A DNA stretch of 64,000 nt. Source: an uncultured Arcobacteraceae bacterium (lineage in GTDB: Bacteria; Campylobacterota; Campylobacteria; Campylobacterales; Arcobacteraceae). The DNA is taken from positions 288,001 through 352,000 of the forward strand of contig CAXHZO010000002.1 in NCBI GenBank assembly GCA_964022095.1, read 5' to 3'. The position numbers and the translations under genes were made by a program. Positions 30,616-41,517 of the stretch are shown here, in pieces. The notes under the pieces are model-generated. The model had not been told where the DNA came from and did no database searches. It was given only the letters and a program-made list of their open reading frames with translations. Position 1 is the stretch's first letter. Each line of letters opens with the position of its first letter.

Positions 30616-31239
30616 CTATTTACGATAAGTTACTTTTATTTTTTTGCCTAAAACTTTGGGTTTTGTATTTAATATATTTAAATCCAAATAGGCTTTAATC
30701 ATTGCAAGTTTTTCTCTAGCTTGCATCTTTTCTAAGCTTTTAGTTCCTTTTATACTTTTTGCAGTAAATCCTATGGCTTTTTGTTTCTTACTTTTTGCAA
30801 TATATAAAGCTCTTTTTAAATGAAACTCTTGAGTAATGATTATATAATTATCTAAATCAAAAATTTCTTTTGCTCTAACAATAGAATCAAAAGTTCTATG
30901 ACCGTGATAATCTTTAGTTATATATTTAGAAGGAATACCTCTTTTGATTAAGTCTTTGTACATAGTTGTAACTTCATCATAGTATTCACTTTTATCCCCT
31001 GATACTACAATTGCTTTTATCTTATTTGCTTTCCATAATTTTACAGCAGCATCAATTCTATATTTATAAAAGTAGTTTTGCTTACCTTTTTTAATATATT
31101 TTGATGTACCTAAAACTAAGGCTGCTTTTTTTGGTGGTATTTCTTTTACATTAGAATATATTTTGTAGTTATTTTCATCTGCATGTATAAAAATTAGTGA
31201 AAAAATCAAAAATAATAGTATTTTATTTAGTTTATTCAT
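30616..31239 (-). CDS. SanA/YdcF (DUF218) family protein
   Basis: ALVLGT, YRIDAA, VSGD, G.RTFDS..RA, TQEFH..RA. Confidence 0.88.
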   Translation of the reverse strand: MNKLNKILLFLIFSLIFIHADENNYKIYSNVKEIPPKKAALVLGTSKYIKKGKQNYFYKYRIDAAVKLWKANKIKAIVVSGDKSEYYDEVTTMYKDLIKRGIPSKYITKDYHGHRTFDSIVRAKEIFDLDNYIIITQEFHLKRALYIAKSKKQKAIGFTAKSIKGTKSLEKMQAREKLAMIKAYLDLNILNTKPKVLGKKIKVTYRK

Positions 31240-31368
31240 AGTTTATTTCACAACCTATCTTATTTTTCAGTGATGTTCTAAAATAGCATAAGGTTAGTAA
31301 CAAATTAATAAGTTATAATAAAATTATTAATTATTAATTGAAATTTCTAAACGTAAAGGACATAATAT

Positions 31369-31971
31369 ATGATTAAGAAGAAAATTACTTTTGCTTTATC
31401 TATACTAACTCTTAGCTCTACAGCATTTGCAGCAAATTATGTTTCAAATGATTTATTTACCTATACTCATTCAGGTCCAGGTAATAAATATAAAATTTTA
31501 GGTGTTGTTAATGCTGGACAAAAAATTACTGTGTTAAATAGAAGCAATGGGTTTACACAAATAAGAGATTCAAAAGGACGAACAGTTTGGATGAACTCAA
31601 AATATGTTTCAAATCAACCAGGATTAAAAGAACAATTGGAAACTTTAAAAGTTCAATATAATCAAATAGACGAAAAACTACGTACTTTTGAAGATAGAGC
31701 TAATGAAGATAAAGCAAGTCTAGAAGAAAACTTAAGCTTAAATATAAATAAAGTTCAAGAACTACAAACAACAAATGCTAATTTAAGTGCTGAACTACAA
31801 AAAATAAAAGAAGAAAATAAATCTTTAAATAATTTACTTGATAAAGAAAAAAATGAACTATTGATTACATGGTTTACTTATGGTGGTATGGTAGCTGGAG
31901 CTGGTCTTTTACTAGGTTTAATTCTTCCTGTTTTAATTCCAAGTAGAAAAAAACACTCAAGATTTAATTAG
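31369..31971 (+). CDS. SH3-domain protein, YgiM-like (signal peptide, SH3, coiled coil, C-terminal TM)
   Basis: YVSNDL.TY.HSGPG..YKI.G and WFTYGGMVAGAGLLLGLILP. Confidence 0.85.
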   Translation: MIKKKITFALSILTLSSTAFAANYVSNDLFTYTHSGPGNKYKILGVVNAGQKITVLNRSNGFTQIRDSKGRTVWMNSKYVSNQPGLKEQLETLKVQYNQIDEKLRTFEDRANEDKASLEENLSLNINKVQELQTTNANLSAELQKIKEENKSLNNLLDKEKNELLITWFTYGGMVAGAGLLLGLILPVLIPSRKKHSRFN

Positions 31972-31976
31972 TTTAA

Positions 31977-32663
31977 TTATATAAGTTTATAAGATATAGG
32001 TATTTTTATATCTATGTCTGTTGTAGTTTTTGGAAAGTTAATTGAAGCATTTTTGATAGCTTGAATTGTAGATTTCTTTAAAAATTTATGTCCACTTAAA
32101 ATTTGTATTTCTCCTAATTTACCATTTTTCAGAATCTTAAACTTTACAGAAACTATTCCTTGAATATTTAGTTTTCTTGCTCTTTTGGGATATTTGATAT
32201 TTTTATTTATTAAAGCTCTAATTTCAGATAAGTGCTTTTTTAAAAACTCTTTTTTAGGATCTTTTTTTATGACAGGAGTTTGTTTTTTTACTATTTTTAC
32301 AGGTTTATTTATATTTGGTACTTGAGTAGTCTTTATGGTTTTTTGAACTTTTTTTGGTTTTGATTTTACTGTTTTTTTAGTTTTTAGTTTTCTTTTTTTT
32401 ACTATTTTCTTTTTCTTTATAGGCTTAATCTTTTGTTTTATAACTTTATTTTCTTTTTTAACTTTTGGTTTTATTATTTCTTTTTTAACTTCTTGTACTT
32501 CTTTAGGGGCACTTTTTATTTCTACATGATTTAAAGATATTTTTTTTATAGATACATCTTTTTTATTTTTTATTTCAGTTGTTGAATAAAGATAATAAAA
32601 CCCACCTGCAAAAGCAAAATAGATAAAAGCAGTTATAAAAAAAGAGCCTAAATATCTTTTCAT
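31977..32663 (-). CDS. tonB: Energy transducer TonB
   Basis: N-terminal TM, K/P-rich linker, YPKRAR..IQG.V.VKF. Confidence 0.88.
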   Translation of the reverse strand: MKRYLGSFFITAFIYFAFAGGFYYLYSTTEIKNKKDVSIKKISLNHVEIKSAPKEVQEVKKEIIKPKVKKENKVIKQKIKPIKKKKIVKKRKLKTKKTVKSKPKKVQKTIKTTQVPNINKPVKIVKKQTPVIKKDPKKEFLKKHLSEIRALINKNIKYPKRARKLNIQGIVSVKFKILKNGKLGEIQILSGHKFLKKSTIQAIKNASINFPKTTTDIDIKIPISYKLI

Positions 32664-33037
32664 TTTTTAGTCACAATTGATATATTTGAGTATTCGTTCT
32701 TTTTTAACATGTCTAAGACACTAACAAAAGTATCAAATTTTGCATTTTTATCGCTATTTATATGAATTGGTGTCTCTTTTGAAAACTGTAAAATATGTTT
32801 TTCAATATTATATAAACCTTGAATGTTATTATTACAAAAAAGAGTTCCATTATCTTTTATTACTATGATTACTTCTTTATTGATTTTAATATCATCTGCA
32901 TTTTTGCCTTGGGGTAAAGATATAGGAATAATACCTTTTGATATAAAAGTAGAAGTCATTAGAACTATTGCTAAAAGTACTAGTAATACATCAATAAATG
33001 GTATTACATTTATTGAATCATACTTCTTCAGCTTCAT
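32660..33037 (-). CDS. exbD: Biopolymer transport protein ExbD
   Basis: INVIPFIDVLLVLL; ATG 33037 preferred over 33043. Confidence 0.9.
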   Translation of the reverse strand: MKLKKYDSINVIPFIDVLLVLLAIVLMTSTFISKGIIPISLPQGKNADDIKINKEVIIVIKDNGTLFCNNNIQGLYNIEKHILQFSKETPIHINSDKNAKFDTFVSVLDMLKKNEYSNISIVTKK

Positions 33038-33443
33038 ATTCACTCTCTTTTACTTCAGCATATCTTCCTAAAATATTATAAAAAATTTGAGACATAATAG
33101 CAACAACTAAACCAGCTGCAGTAGCTTTTAGTGCAAGGGCAAGAGAACTCATAATCTTAGCAGCTTGAATATCTCCACTACTCATAGTCATAAATGTAAG
33201 CATAATTGCAATTACAGTTCCAAGTAATCCAATATATGGAGAGTTTGAAGCTATTGTTCCTATGATTGTAAGATGTTTTGTTAAAGCAACATCTAATGCT
33301 TTTTTATTTTTATAAGATTTAATATCCATTTTTTTATAGAAAAAGATTCTTTCTATGAAAAACCAAACTGATAAAAAACTCATAAAAACTAATAATGCAA
33401 TTACACCATAATCAACTAAATGCTTTAAAACTTCTATATCCAT
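33018..33443 (-). CDS. exbB: TonB system energizer ExbB
   Basis: SPYIGLLGTV, ALKATAAGLVVAI. Confidence 0.9.
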   Translation of the reverse strand: MDIEVLKHLVDYGVIALLVFMSFLSVWFFIERIFFYKKMDIKSYKNKKALDVALTKHLTIIGTIASNSPYIGLLGTVIAIMLTFMTMSSGDIQAAKIMSSLALALKATAAGLVVAIMSQIFYNILGRYAEVKESEYEAEEV

Positions 33444-33520
33444 AAAATATACTCCTTTTTATTAAAATGAGTATATTTTATTTTTGTTAATTTTGAGTTA
33501 ATTTTTTTGTTCTTCTATAT

Positions 33521-33960
33521 TTATAGAGCTATGATTATGACTGCTTTTTTAGCTCCATAAGTTTTAAATACATATCCTGTATAAAGGTTAAGACTCATAT
33601 ATGCAATGACAACAATACTTGCAAAAGGAAAAGCTATTAGTCTTAAACTTATTTTTTTATTTAGACCAATTTTTGTAAGATATTTACCAATAAAACCATG
33701 TGGACAAATTCCACAAAATACTCTTCCTAAAGTTGATAAAGATAAGACCATAAAAAAGACCAGAAAAGACTCCAAAACAATGCAGTAGTAAATGCATTTT
33801 CTTCTTTAATAGGATAAATAAATCCTAAAAATATTGCATAAAAGAATGTAAATGTAATAAATAATCTCAATATTAGTAAGAACATTTCATTTTTAAATAA
33901 AAATCTGAATAGAGAAAAAGAGAATAAATCTTTTCCTTTTTTATTAACTATATTTTTCAT
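33521..33960 (-). pseudogene. Membrane 4Fe-4S (NapH/FixG-type polyferredoxin) remnant with a frameshift and internal deletion
   Basis: ORFs 33727-33960 and 33521-33775 join if one T is added to the T6 run at 33752-33757, giving FWSLFWSFFMVLSLSTLGRVFCGICPHG; total length is far shorter than the family. Confidence 0.75.
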
Positions 33961-33970
33961 TTAAGCACCA

Positions 33971-35140
33971 CTAAAATGTATATTCAATACCAGTATAATA
34001 ATATCTTTGTCCAGGATCATTTGGAGTTCCTTTAGAAGTCATATTATAAGGCATTTTTTTATTAAATATATTATCTATACCTAAGAATAAATCTAATTTT
34101 TTTGTAAACTTATAATTTAATTTTAAATCAGCGACTGTATAATTACTATTTGTATTTACTCTACTTTCATTTGAAGCATAATATTTTTGATATCTTTTTA
34201 AATTAAAAAATGCATCTAATTTATTATATGTATATATTACATTTAACTTAATTGTATCTTTTGCACTTCCTGTTAATCTTTCACCTGATGTTTTATCTTT
34301 AGTATTTAAATATTCCCATCCCAATCCAATATTTAAAGAATTACTTAAATTATATCTAGAAGATAATTCAAGACCTTCAATACTTGCTCTATTTATATTT
34401 TTATAAGAAGTATAGTTTATTCTTGTAATAGGATCATAACTTACTGTATAAGAATTTATAAGATTTTTCAATTTTGAATTATGATAAATTATCTCAAAAT
34501 CAAAACTATTTTTATTATATCCAACTGCAAACTCATAAGTTATTGGGCCTGCTGATCGTGTAAAATGACTATACATATTAGTGAAACTTGGGGCTTTAAA
34601 TGATGTACCATAACTAGATCTAAACTTAAAGTCAGATATGTTGTACATTAATGAAAGTTTTGGATTTAAAGTATTTCCAAAGTCACTAAACCTATCATAT
34701 CTAATTCCAATATTTGAAATTAAGTTATTAGTAAAATTATACTCATTTTGAAAAAGTAAGTTTACATTATCTCTTGATGCTTTTTTTGTGTACATTGAAA
34801 CATCAATCTTATCATTTTTATATCCAGCACCTATAATATTTGTACTATTATCACTTGTATAATGTCTAAAATAATTATTAAATTCTAATTGTTTATAATC
34901 AGTGCTTTCTTTGCCACTTCCTCTATTTACATCTGTATCACTATAACCATAAGCTAAGTTTGAATCAAAAATAAACTCTTCACCAATATGATTATATTGA
35001 GTTGTTAATTGATATCTGTTCTCTTTCTCATAAGTTGTTGTATTTGCGTAGTTTCTGCCATTATCATTTTGCTTTGAAAACTCTAATCTATTATTTAATG
35101 TATCATTATCAGTTAATTTAATACTATTACCATTTATTAA
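33971..35140 (-). pseudogene. 5'-truncated TonB-dependent receptor (beta-barrel part only)
   Basis: Frame open from 35140 with no start, signal peptide or plug; GIRYDRFSDFG..LNPK, FKAPS, GIDNIFNK, terminal YTF. Confidence 0.82.
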
Positions 35141-35158
35141 TTATTTGTTAATTGTCTG

Positions 35159-36010
35159 TTAAGTTGTTATATTTTTTAGATCTAACTTGAAAAGATTACC
35201 GTCTTCTAGGGTTTCTATATTTATCGTAATTTTATTTTTATCACAAAACTCTTTTACCATAGCAAGACCTAATCCAAAGCCATCATTATTAGGGTTTACT
35301 TGAAAGAACTTATCAAAAACTATAAATAGGTTTTTTGTATCTATTTTTTTACCCCTATTAAAAATACATAGATTATTCTCTTTATATTCAATAATTACAA
35401 GAGGGTCTTTCTGTGAGTTATATTTTATTGCATTTGAAATTAAATTACTTATTGCTTTTTCAAAGCCATTTAAATCTGTATTTAACGTTACATGAGGAAT
35501 ATTAGTTTTGATAATTGTATCTTTTTTAATGTCATCAAAAGTATTAATTAATTTATCAATTAACTCATCTAAATGAAACTCTTGATTATCGATTTTATCA
35601 ATCTCTTTTTTAATTGAATACTCCATATTTGAATATAGTTTTAATAAGTTTTCATTTGCTTGTTCAATTCTTTTTAATCTTTTTAAGCTCTTTTCATCTT
35701 TTAAAGATTTTTGTAGCATTTGTGTATTCATTTTAATAGTAGATACAGGGATATTTAGTTCATGGATTGTTTCTTTTATACTTTGTTGTAGTTTTTCATC
35801 ACTTTTAAATAAAGGCTTTAAAATAGAGTTTGCAAAACTAAGAAATATTCCTACACCTAAAAGTATCAAAGGAATAATAATAAATATAAAGTTCTCTTGA
35901 TTTAAACCAAATCTTGAAATAGCAACATAATTTACATATAAAACTATAATTAATGTAAAAGTAAAAACTATAGATATAGAGATTAAAAACTCTCTTTTTT
36001 TAGAATTCAA
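35159..36010 (-). CDS. Sensor histidine kinase with very short periplasmic loop
   Basis: HELNIP H-box, NLISNAIKY, GFGLGL. Confidence 0.92.
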   Translation of the reverse strand: MNSKKREFLISISIVFTFTLIIVLYVNYVAISRFGLNQENFIFIIIPLILLGVGIFLSFANSILKPLFKSDEKLQQSIKETIHELNIPVSTIKMNTQMLQKSLKDEKSLKRLKRIEQANENLLKLYSNMEYSIKKEIDKIDNQEFHLDELIDKLINTFDDIKKDTIIKTNIPHVTLNTDLNGFEKAISNLISNAIKYNSQKDPLVIIEYKENNLCIFNRGKKIDTKNLFIVFDKFFQVNPNNDGFGLGLAMVKEFCDKNKITINIETLEDGNLFKLDLKNITT

Positions 36011-36659
36011 CTTTATATCCTATTCCTTTTATATTATTTAAGCAATCTTTACCTAATATTTTTTTAATATGATTTATATAAACCCTAATAGAGCCTTCAC
36101 TATACTCTTCTCCAGTACTCCATAATTTTGAGACAATCATATTTTTGGTAACTATTTCCCCCCTATTTTCTATTAACAATTCTATTAATTGTAATACTTT
36201 TATTGGAAGATTTAAATCTTTTCCATCTTCTAAAACTCTTTTTGAATTCGGTTCAAAAATCAAGTTTTCACTTAGTATTATTGCTTCAAACTGTTTTTTA
36301 TTTCTTTTTAGTAAAGCTTTTATTCTAAGTAATAACTCTTCTAAATCAACAGGTTTTTTAAGATAATCATCACAACCTTTTAAAAATGCATCATGTAGAG
36401 TGTCTTTATCTTTATACGAAGTTAAAAAGATTGTTGGAGTTTGGTCATTGCTGTCTCTTAGTTGTTTTAAAAGCTCTAAGCCACTTATTTTTGGAACATT
36501 GATATCAAATATGTATAAATCATAATTGTTTTCATAATTTAACTCTAAACACTCTTCACCATCATTTGCAATATCAACTTCAAAACCTTCATCATCTAAA
36601 AAGTCTTCAACAGTTGATGCAAATAGCTCATCATCTTCTAAAAGTAATATTTTATACAA
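36000..36659 (-). CDS. OmpR-family response regulator
   Basis: LLEDD, FDINVP, YLKKP, RVYI..IKK, GIGY. Confidence 0.93.
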   Translation of the reverse strand: MYKILLLEDDELFASTVEDFLDDEGFEVDIANDGEECLELNYENNYDLYIFDINVPKISGLELLKQLRDSNDQTPTIFLTSYKDKDTLHDAFLKGCDDYLKKPVDLEELLLRIKALLKRNKKQFEAIILSENLIFEPNSKRVLEDGKDLNLPIKVLQLIELLIENRGEIVTKNMIVSKLWSTGEEYSEGSIRVYINHIKKILGKDCLNNIKGIGYKVEF

Positions 36660-36729
36660 GTTTTATCCCATCTCTTAATTATAATTAATTATAATATTAA
36701 ATAGTTAAATAAAAGTTAATTGGATTTAT

Positions 36730-38481
36730 ATGGCAAAAAAACTAATTATTGTATTGTTATTATTGTTACTTGGATTTTTTGTAATCTCTCAAGAAAATGT
36801 AAAGATAATTTTATCAGGTATTGCAATTTTTTTAATTGGAATGCATTTTATGGAAGATGGATTTAAACAATTTTCTGGTGGAAAATTAGAAGAGATATTA
36901 GAAAAATTTACTAGCAATAAATATAAATCACTATTAACAGGTTTTATATCAACTTCTGTAGTTCAAAGTTCCTCTTTGATTTCAGTAATCATAATATCAT
37001 TTTTATCTGTTGGTTTGATATCCCTAACACAAGCAATTGCAGTACTTTTTGGTTCAAATTTAGGTAGTACAACAACTGCTTGGATTGTCTCATCTTTTGG
37101 ATTAAATATTAAAATTTCATTATACGCTATGCCTTTGATCATATTTGGAGTGATTTTTAGGTTTTCTAAAAAAAGTGTGTATATTGGACTTGGAAATATA
37201 CTTTTAGGCTTAGGCTTTATTTTCCTTGGAATTTCTTATATGAAAGAGGGATTTGATACATTAAAAGACTCTATTGACTTAGCTTCATACTCAATTGAAG
37301 GAATACAAGGTTTAATTCTTTTTACTTTAATTGGTATTATAATAACAGTTGTAATACAATCAAGCAGTGCTGCAATGGCTATTGTAATCACTGCACTAGC
37401 AGGAGAAAATATATTATATATTGATGCTTTAGCACTTGCAATTGGTGCAAATATTGGTACAACAGTAACTGCAATCTTAGGTGCCCTAACCTCAAATCAA
37501 AATGGTAAAAGATTAGCCTTTGCACACCTTGTATTTAATGGAACAACTGGTGCTTTAGCTTTACTATTAATTTATCACCTAAAAGACTTTGTTGATATTT
37601 TAGCACCTATTCTTTCAATAGATTCGAATAATTACACTATGAAGTTGGCTTTGTTTCATACAATATTTAATCTTTTAGGAATTGTAATTTTATTTCCATT
37701 TTTAGCTTATATAGTTAAGTTTTCTAAAAATGTAATAAGTGATGATAAGGTTAAAAAAGAGTCTAGACCTCTTTTTTTAAATAAATCAAATTTAAGACTT
37801 CCATATAATGCGATGATTTCTATTCAAAAAGAGGTTATAAACTTGTATGATAGAGCACAAAAGGCAATACTTCATGCCTTATCTGTTCATACAAAAGATT
37901 TAAAACATATAGAAGATATTGATAAAATATTAAGTAGTGATCTAAAAAAAATAGATACAAATTTAGATGATATTTATCAAAACAACTTAAAAAACTTATA
38001 TAGTGAAATTATAGAGTTTTCACTTTTATCACAAGAGCATATGACAAAAGAACAAAATGAGTATGTAACGCAGTTAAAAACAACATCAAATAGTATTGTT
38101 AAAGTTTTAAAAGATACAAGAGATATACAAAGAAACATGAACTTCTATTTAAATAGTAAAAATAAGTATATTAAAGATGAGTATAAAAGGCTAAAAAAAG
38201 TTTTAATAACAACAATTCTTTACTTAAATCAAATAAATGAAAATAGATTTGAAGAAGTTAAAATACCTACTATTTTGAAAGAACATAAAATACTACTTGA
38301 AAAGTTTAAAATACATAGTAGTGATAAAATAGATGAATTAATTAGAAATGAGTTAATTACTTCAAAAATGGCTACATCTTTGATAAATGACTCAACAACA
38401 ATTCATAATCGTTGTGAGAATTTACTTGAGATTGCTTATGTATTATTTATAAATGATAAGCAGTTTAAAGAGTTTACATAG
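36730..38481 (+). CDS. Na/Pi cotransporter family protein
   Basis: Repeated QSSS motifs, GSNLGST/GANIGTT, C-terminal PhoU-like region. Confidence 0.9.
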   Translation: MAKKLIIVLLLLLLGFFVISQENVKIILSGIAIFLIGMHFMEDGFKQFSGGKLEEILEKFTSNKYKSLLTGFISTSVVQSSSLISVIIISFLSVGLISLTQAIAVLFGSNLGSTTTAWIVSSFGLNIKISLYAMPLIIFGVIFRFSKKSVYIGLGNILLGLGFIFLGISYMKEGFDTLKDSIDLASYSIEGIQGLILFTLIGIIITVVIQSSSAAMAIVITALAGENILYIDALALAIGANIGTTVTAILGALTSNQNGKRLAFAHLVFNGTTGALALLLIYHLKDFVDILAPILSIDSNNYTMKLALFHTIFNLLGIVILFPFLAYIVKFSKNVISDDKVKKESRPLFLNKSNLRLPYNAMISIQKEVINLYDRAQKAILHALSVHTKDLKHIEDIDKILSSDLKKIDTNLDDIYQNNLKNLYSEIIEFSLLSQEHMTKEQNEYVTQLKTTSNSIVKVLKDTRDIQRNMNFYLNSKNKYIKDEYKRLKKVLITTILYLNQINENRFEEVKIPTILKEHKILLEKFKIHSSDKIDELIRNELITSKMATSLINDSTTIHNRCENLLEIAYVLFINDKQFKEFT

Positions 38482-38488
38482 CCTTTTT

Positions 38489-38740
38489 TTAAGAAGATTT
38501 AAAATATAAAATTGTAGCAATAACCATAAAACCAACTCCTGCAACAATTAGCTGTGCTGATTTTTCTTTTCTTAGTATTCCTTCGTTTACTTCAAAAATT
38601 GCAACTGATTTTAAAGTTCCATTATCAATATATTTTAAAAACTTGTAGCCTTTTTTTGTATATTTTGTTTTTACTTTTTCAAGCTCTTTTTCTCTTTGCT
38701 CTTTTGAAAAACCACCAACTACAATACTTTTTTGTGCCAT
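38489..38740 (-). CDS. Small hypothetical membrane protein
   Basis: Start overlaps the trmL stop; C-terminal TM helix. Confidence 0.65.
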   Translation of the reverse strand: MAQKSIVVGGFSKEQREKELEKVKTKYTKKGYKFLKYIDNGTLKSVAIFEVNEGILRKEKSAQLIVAGVGFMVIATILYFKSS

Positions 38741-39204
38741 TATTTAAACTCACTAAAATTTTGTCTTAACGCTTCATATGCAATTATTGATACAGAGTTA
38801 GCGATATTTAAGCTTCTAGCATCATTTGTCATAGGAATTGTTATACACCCTTCACTATTTTTATTCATAATACTTTCAGGAAGTCCAGCATCTTCTCTAC
38901 CAAAATAAATAAAATCATTTGGCTCAAATTTTGCATCAAAGTATACTTTATTGGTTTTTGTTGTAGCAAAAAAGTGTCTATTTGATATTGGGTTTTTAGC
39001 CCAAAAGTCTTCAATATTTTCATACTCTCTAACATCTAAATCAAACCAATAATCTAATCCAGCACGTCTAACTTCTTTTTCTGTGATTTCACCAAATCCA
39101 TATGGTTTTATTAGATGAAGTGTACAGTTTAGTGCAAAAGCAAGTCTTCCTATTGTTCCAACATTTCCAGGTATTCTTGGTTCGTGTAAAACTATATTAA
39201 ACAT
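38740..39204 (-). CDS. trmL: tRNA (cytidine/uridine-34 2'-O)-methyltransferase TrmL
   Basis: P.IPGNVG, RRAGLDYW, FGRE..GLP, RSLN.ANS. Confidence 0.92.
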   Translation of the reverse strand: MFNIVLHEPRIPGNVGTIGRLAFALNCTLHLIKPYGFGEITEKEVRRAGLDYWFDLDVREYENIEDFWAKNPISNRHFFATTKTNKVYFDAKFEPNDFIYFGREDAGLPESIMNKNSEGCITIPMTNDARSLNIANSVSIIAYEALRQNFSEFK

Positions 39205-40037
39205 TATAAGATTACCGTTTTATTTCCGTGAACAAATACTCGATCAGCAAGTAAAAGTTCAAAAGCATTTGAAAGTACTATTTTTTCTACATTTCTACCA
39301 GCATTTCTCATCTCTTGCCAAGAATAACTATGATCTACTCTTACTACATCTTGATAGATAATTGGACCTTCATCTAAATCATCAGTTACATAATGTGCTG
39401 TTGCCCCAATAATTTTAACACCTCTATCATGTGCTTGTTTATATGGGTTTGCTCCAATAAATGCAGGCAAGAATGAGTGGTGAATATTTAAAACCTTTTT
39501 AGGGTATTGCTTAACAAATTTTGGAGTTAAGATTCTCATATATTTTGCAAGAACAATTAATTCTGGTTCATACTCATTGATTTTATCAATCATTTTATCT
39601 TCATGCTCTTCTCTACTTAGTCCCTCAGCACTAATACAAGTAAATGGTATATCAAACTTTTCTACAAGATCACCTAGTGTTTCATGATTTGCAATTACTG
39701 CTTTTATATTTGCATTTAACTCACCTGCTACATATCTAATAAGTAAATCACCTAAAACATGCGATTCTTTTGTAGCTAAAATTACAACGTCTTTTTTTTC
39801 TTTTTTTGTTAGTTTTATTGAAGCACTTTGAGGTAATACTTCTTTTAATTCTTTTAATAAAATATTTGCTGAAACTTTACCAGAAACAATACTTCTCATA
39901 AAAAATTTCTTTGTCTCAGGGTCAACATATTCAGCATTTTGTTCAATGTTTAAGTTATTTGCAAAAAGAACTTTTGAGATGTTATAAACAAGTCCTTTTG
40001 CGTCTTCAGTATCTATTAAAAGTATATACTCTTCCAT
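39204..40037 (-). CDS. purU: Formyltetrahydrofolate deformylase
   Basis: ACT N-terminus, LAKYMRIL, NIHHSFLPAF.GA.PY.QA, GATAH. Confidence 0.95.
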   Translation of the reverse strand: MEEYILLIDTEDAKGLVYNISKVLFANNLNIEQNAEYVDPETKKFFMRSIVSGKVSANILLKELKEVLPQSASIKLTKKEKKDVVILATKESHVLGDLLIRYVAGELNANIKAVIANHETLGDLVEKFDIPFTCISAEGLSREEHEDKMIDKINEYEPELIVLAKYMRILTPKFVKQYPKKVLNIHHSFLPAFIGANPYKQAHDRGVKIIGATAHYVTDDLDEGPIIYQDVVRVDHSYSWQEMRNAGRNVEKIVLSNAFELLLADRVFVHGNKTVIL

Positions 40038-40107
40038 TTTCGTCCTATATCATTCAAGCTTAAATTTAAAGCTTGAATAATACCATTTTATAGTTTAATA
40101 GATTATT

Positions 40108-41379
40108 TTATATTAGTGTAGATAATTTTTCTTTGTATGCTTCCACATCAAATTCAGTTATTTTAGCAACTCCACTCTCAACTGCACCAAGGGCTACTGC
40201 TGCTGATACTACAGTTAGGAGTCTTTTGTCAAATGGTGTTGGAATAATATACTCTCTTCCATAAGATATATCTCCAAACAATACTTTTAAGTCATTTGTT
40301 AAAGGTTCTTTTGCAAGTGCTGCAATTCCTTTTGCTGCAGACATTTTCATATGCATATTAATTTTTGTAGCTTGTACATCTAATGCACCTCTAAAAATAA
40401 ATGGGAATCCAAGTACATTATTTACTTGATTAGGAAAATCAGATCTTCCTGTTCCTATAATAGCTTTTGGTTTAACTTCTCTAACTTCCTGGGGAAAAAG
40501 CTCTGGAGTTGGGTTTGCAAGAGTAAATACAATAGGTTCTTCAGTCATAAGTGCAATATGCTCTTTTGTAAAAGTTCCAGGTCTAGATAATCCTAAAACC
40601 ATATCAGCATCTGTGAATGCCTCTTCCATAGTACTGCAAGTATCGTTTATGAATTTTTGTTTATATTCATTTAAATCATTTCTTTTTGAATGAATAACAC
40701 CTTTTGAATCACACATGATTAAATTTTTAACACCATACTCTTTATACATAGTTGAACATGCAATAGCAGAAGCTCCTGCTCCAACAACTACTACTTTTAA
40801 ATCTTCTGGTTTTTTATTCATCATTTCAGCTGCATTCATAAGTGCAGCTGTTGTAATAATCGCAGTTCCATGTTGATCATCGTGCATAACTGGAATATCT
40901 AACTCTTCTACAAGTCTTTTTTCGATTTCGAAACACTCAGGTGCTTTTATATCTTCAAGATTAATTCCACCAAAAGTTGGAGCAATAGCTTTAACAGTTT
41001 TACAAAACTCATCAACATCAGTTTGATCTACTTCAATATCAAAAGAATCAACACCTGCAAACTTCTTAAATAATACAGCTTTTCCTTCCATAACTGGTTT
41101 AGAAGCTAAAGCTCCAATATTACCTAATCCTAATACTGCTGTACCATTTGATATAACAGCTACAAGGTTTCTTTTTGCAGTATAATCAAATGCTGTTTCT
41201 GGATTTTTTTCAATTTCTTCACAAGGATATGCAACACCAGGTGAGTAAGCCAGTGCTAAATCTCTTTGAGAATCTAATCTTGTAGTTGTTTCAATAGCAA
41301 CTTTTCCAGGGGTTGGAAATTTGTGATAGTCTAACGCCTCTAATTTCAATGAATCTAAATTCGTTACTTGAGTACTCAT
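40108..41379 (-). CDS. NAD(P)-dependent malic enzyme
   Basis: [43 protein letters not shown]; no PTA domain. Confidence 0.93.
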   Translation of the reverse strand: MSTQVTNLDSLKLEALDYHKFPTPGKVAIETTTRLDSQRDLALAYSPGVAYPCEEIEKNPETAFDYTAKRNLVAVISNGTAVLGLGNIGALASKPVMEGKAVLFKKFAGVDSFDIEVDQTDVDEFCKTVKAIAPTFGGINLEDIKAPECFEIEKRLVEELDIPVMHDDQHGTAIITTAALMNAAEMMNKKPEDLKVVVVGAGASAIACSTMYKEYGVKNLIMCDSKGVIHSKRNDLNEYKQKFINDTCSTMEEAFTDADMVLGLSRPGTFTKEHIALMTEEPIVFTLANPTPELFPQEVREVKPKAIIGTGRSDFPNQVNNVLGFPFIFRGALDVQATKINMHMKMSAAKGIAALAKEPLTNDLKVLFGDISYGREYIIPTPFDKRLLTVVSAAVALGAVESGVAKITEFDVEAYKEKLSTLI

Positions 41380-41517
41380 TTTTATCCTTTATAATTACCT
41401 AATTTTTGAGAAAATCGTTAAATAGTAACAAAAAGAAACTTAATTTAATAAATTTAAAGAAAATTAATATTTTATAAGGTTTTTGTAAGTTGTATATTTT
41501 ACTTACATAATTTAATT

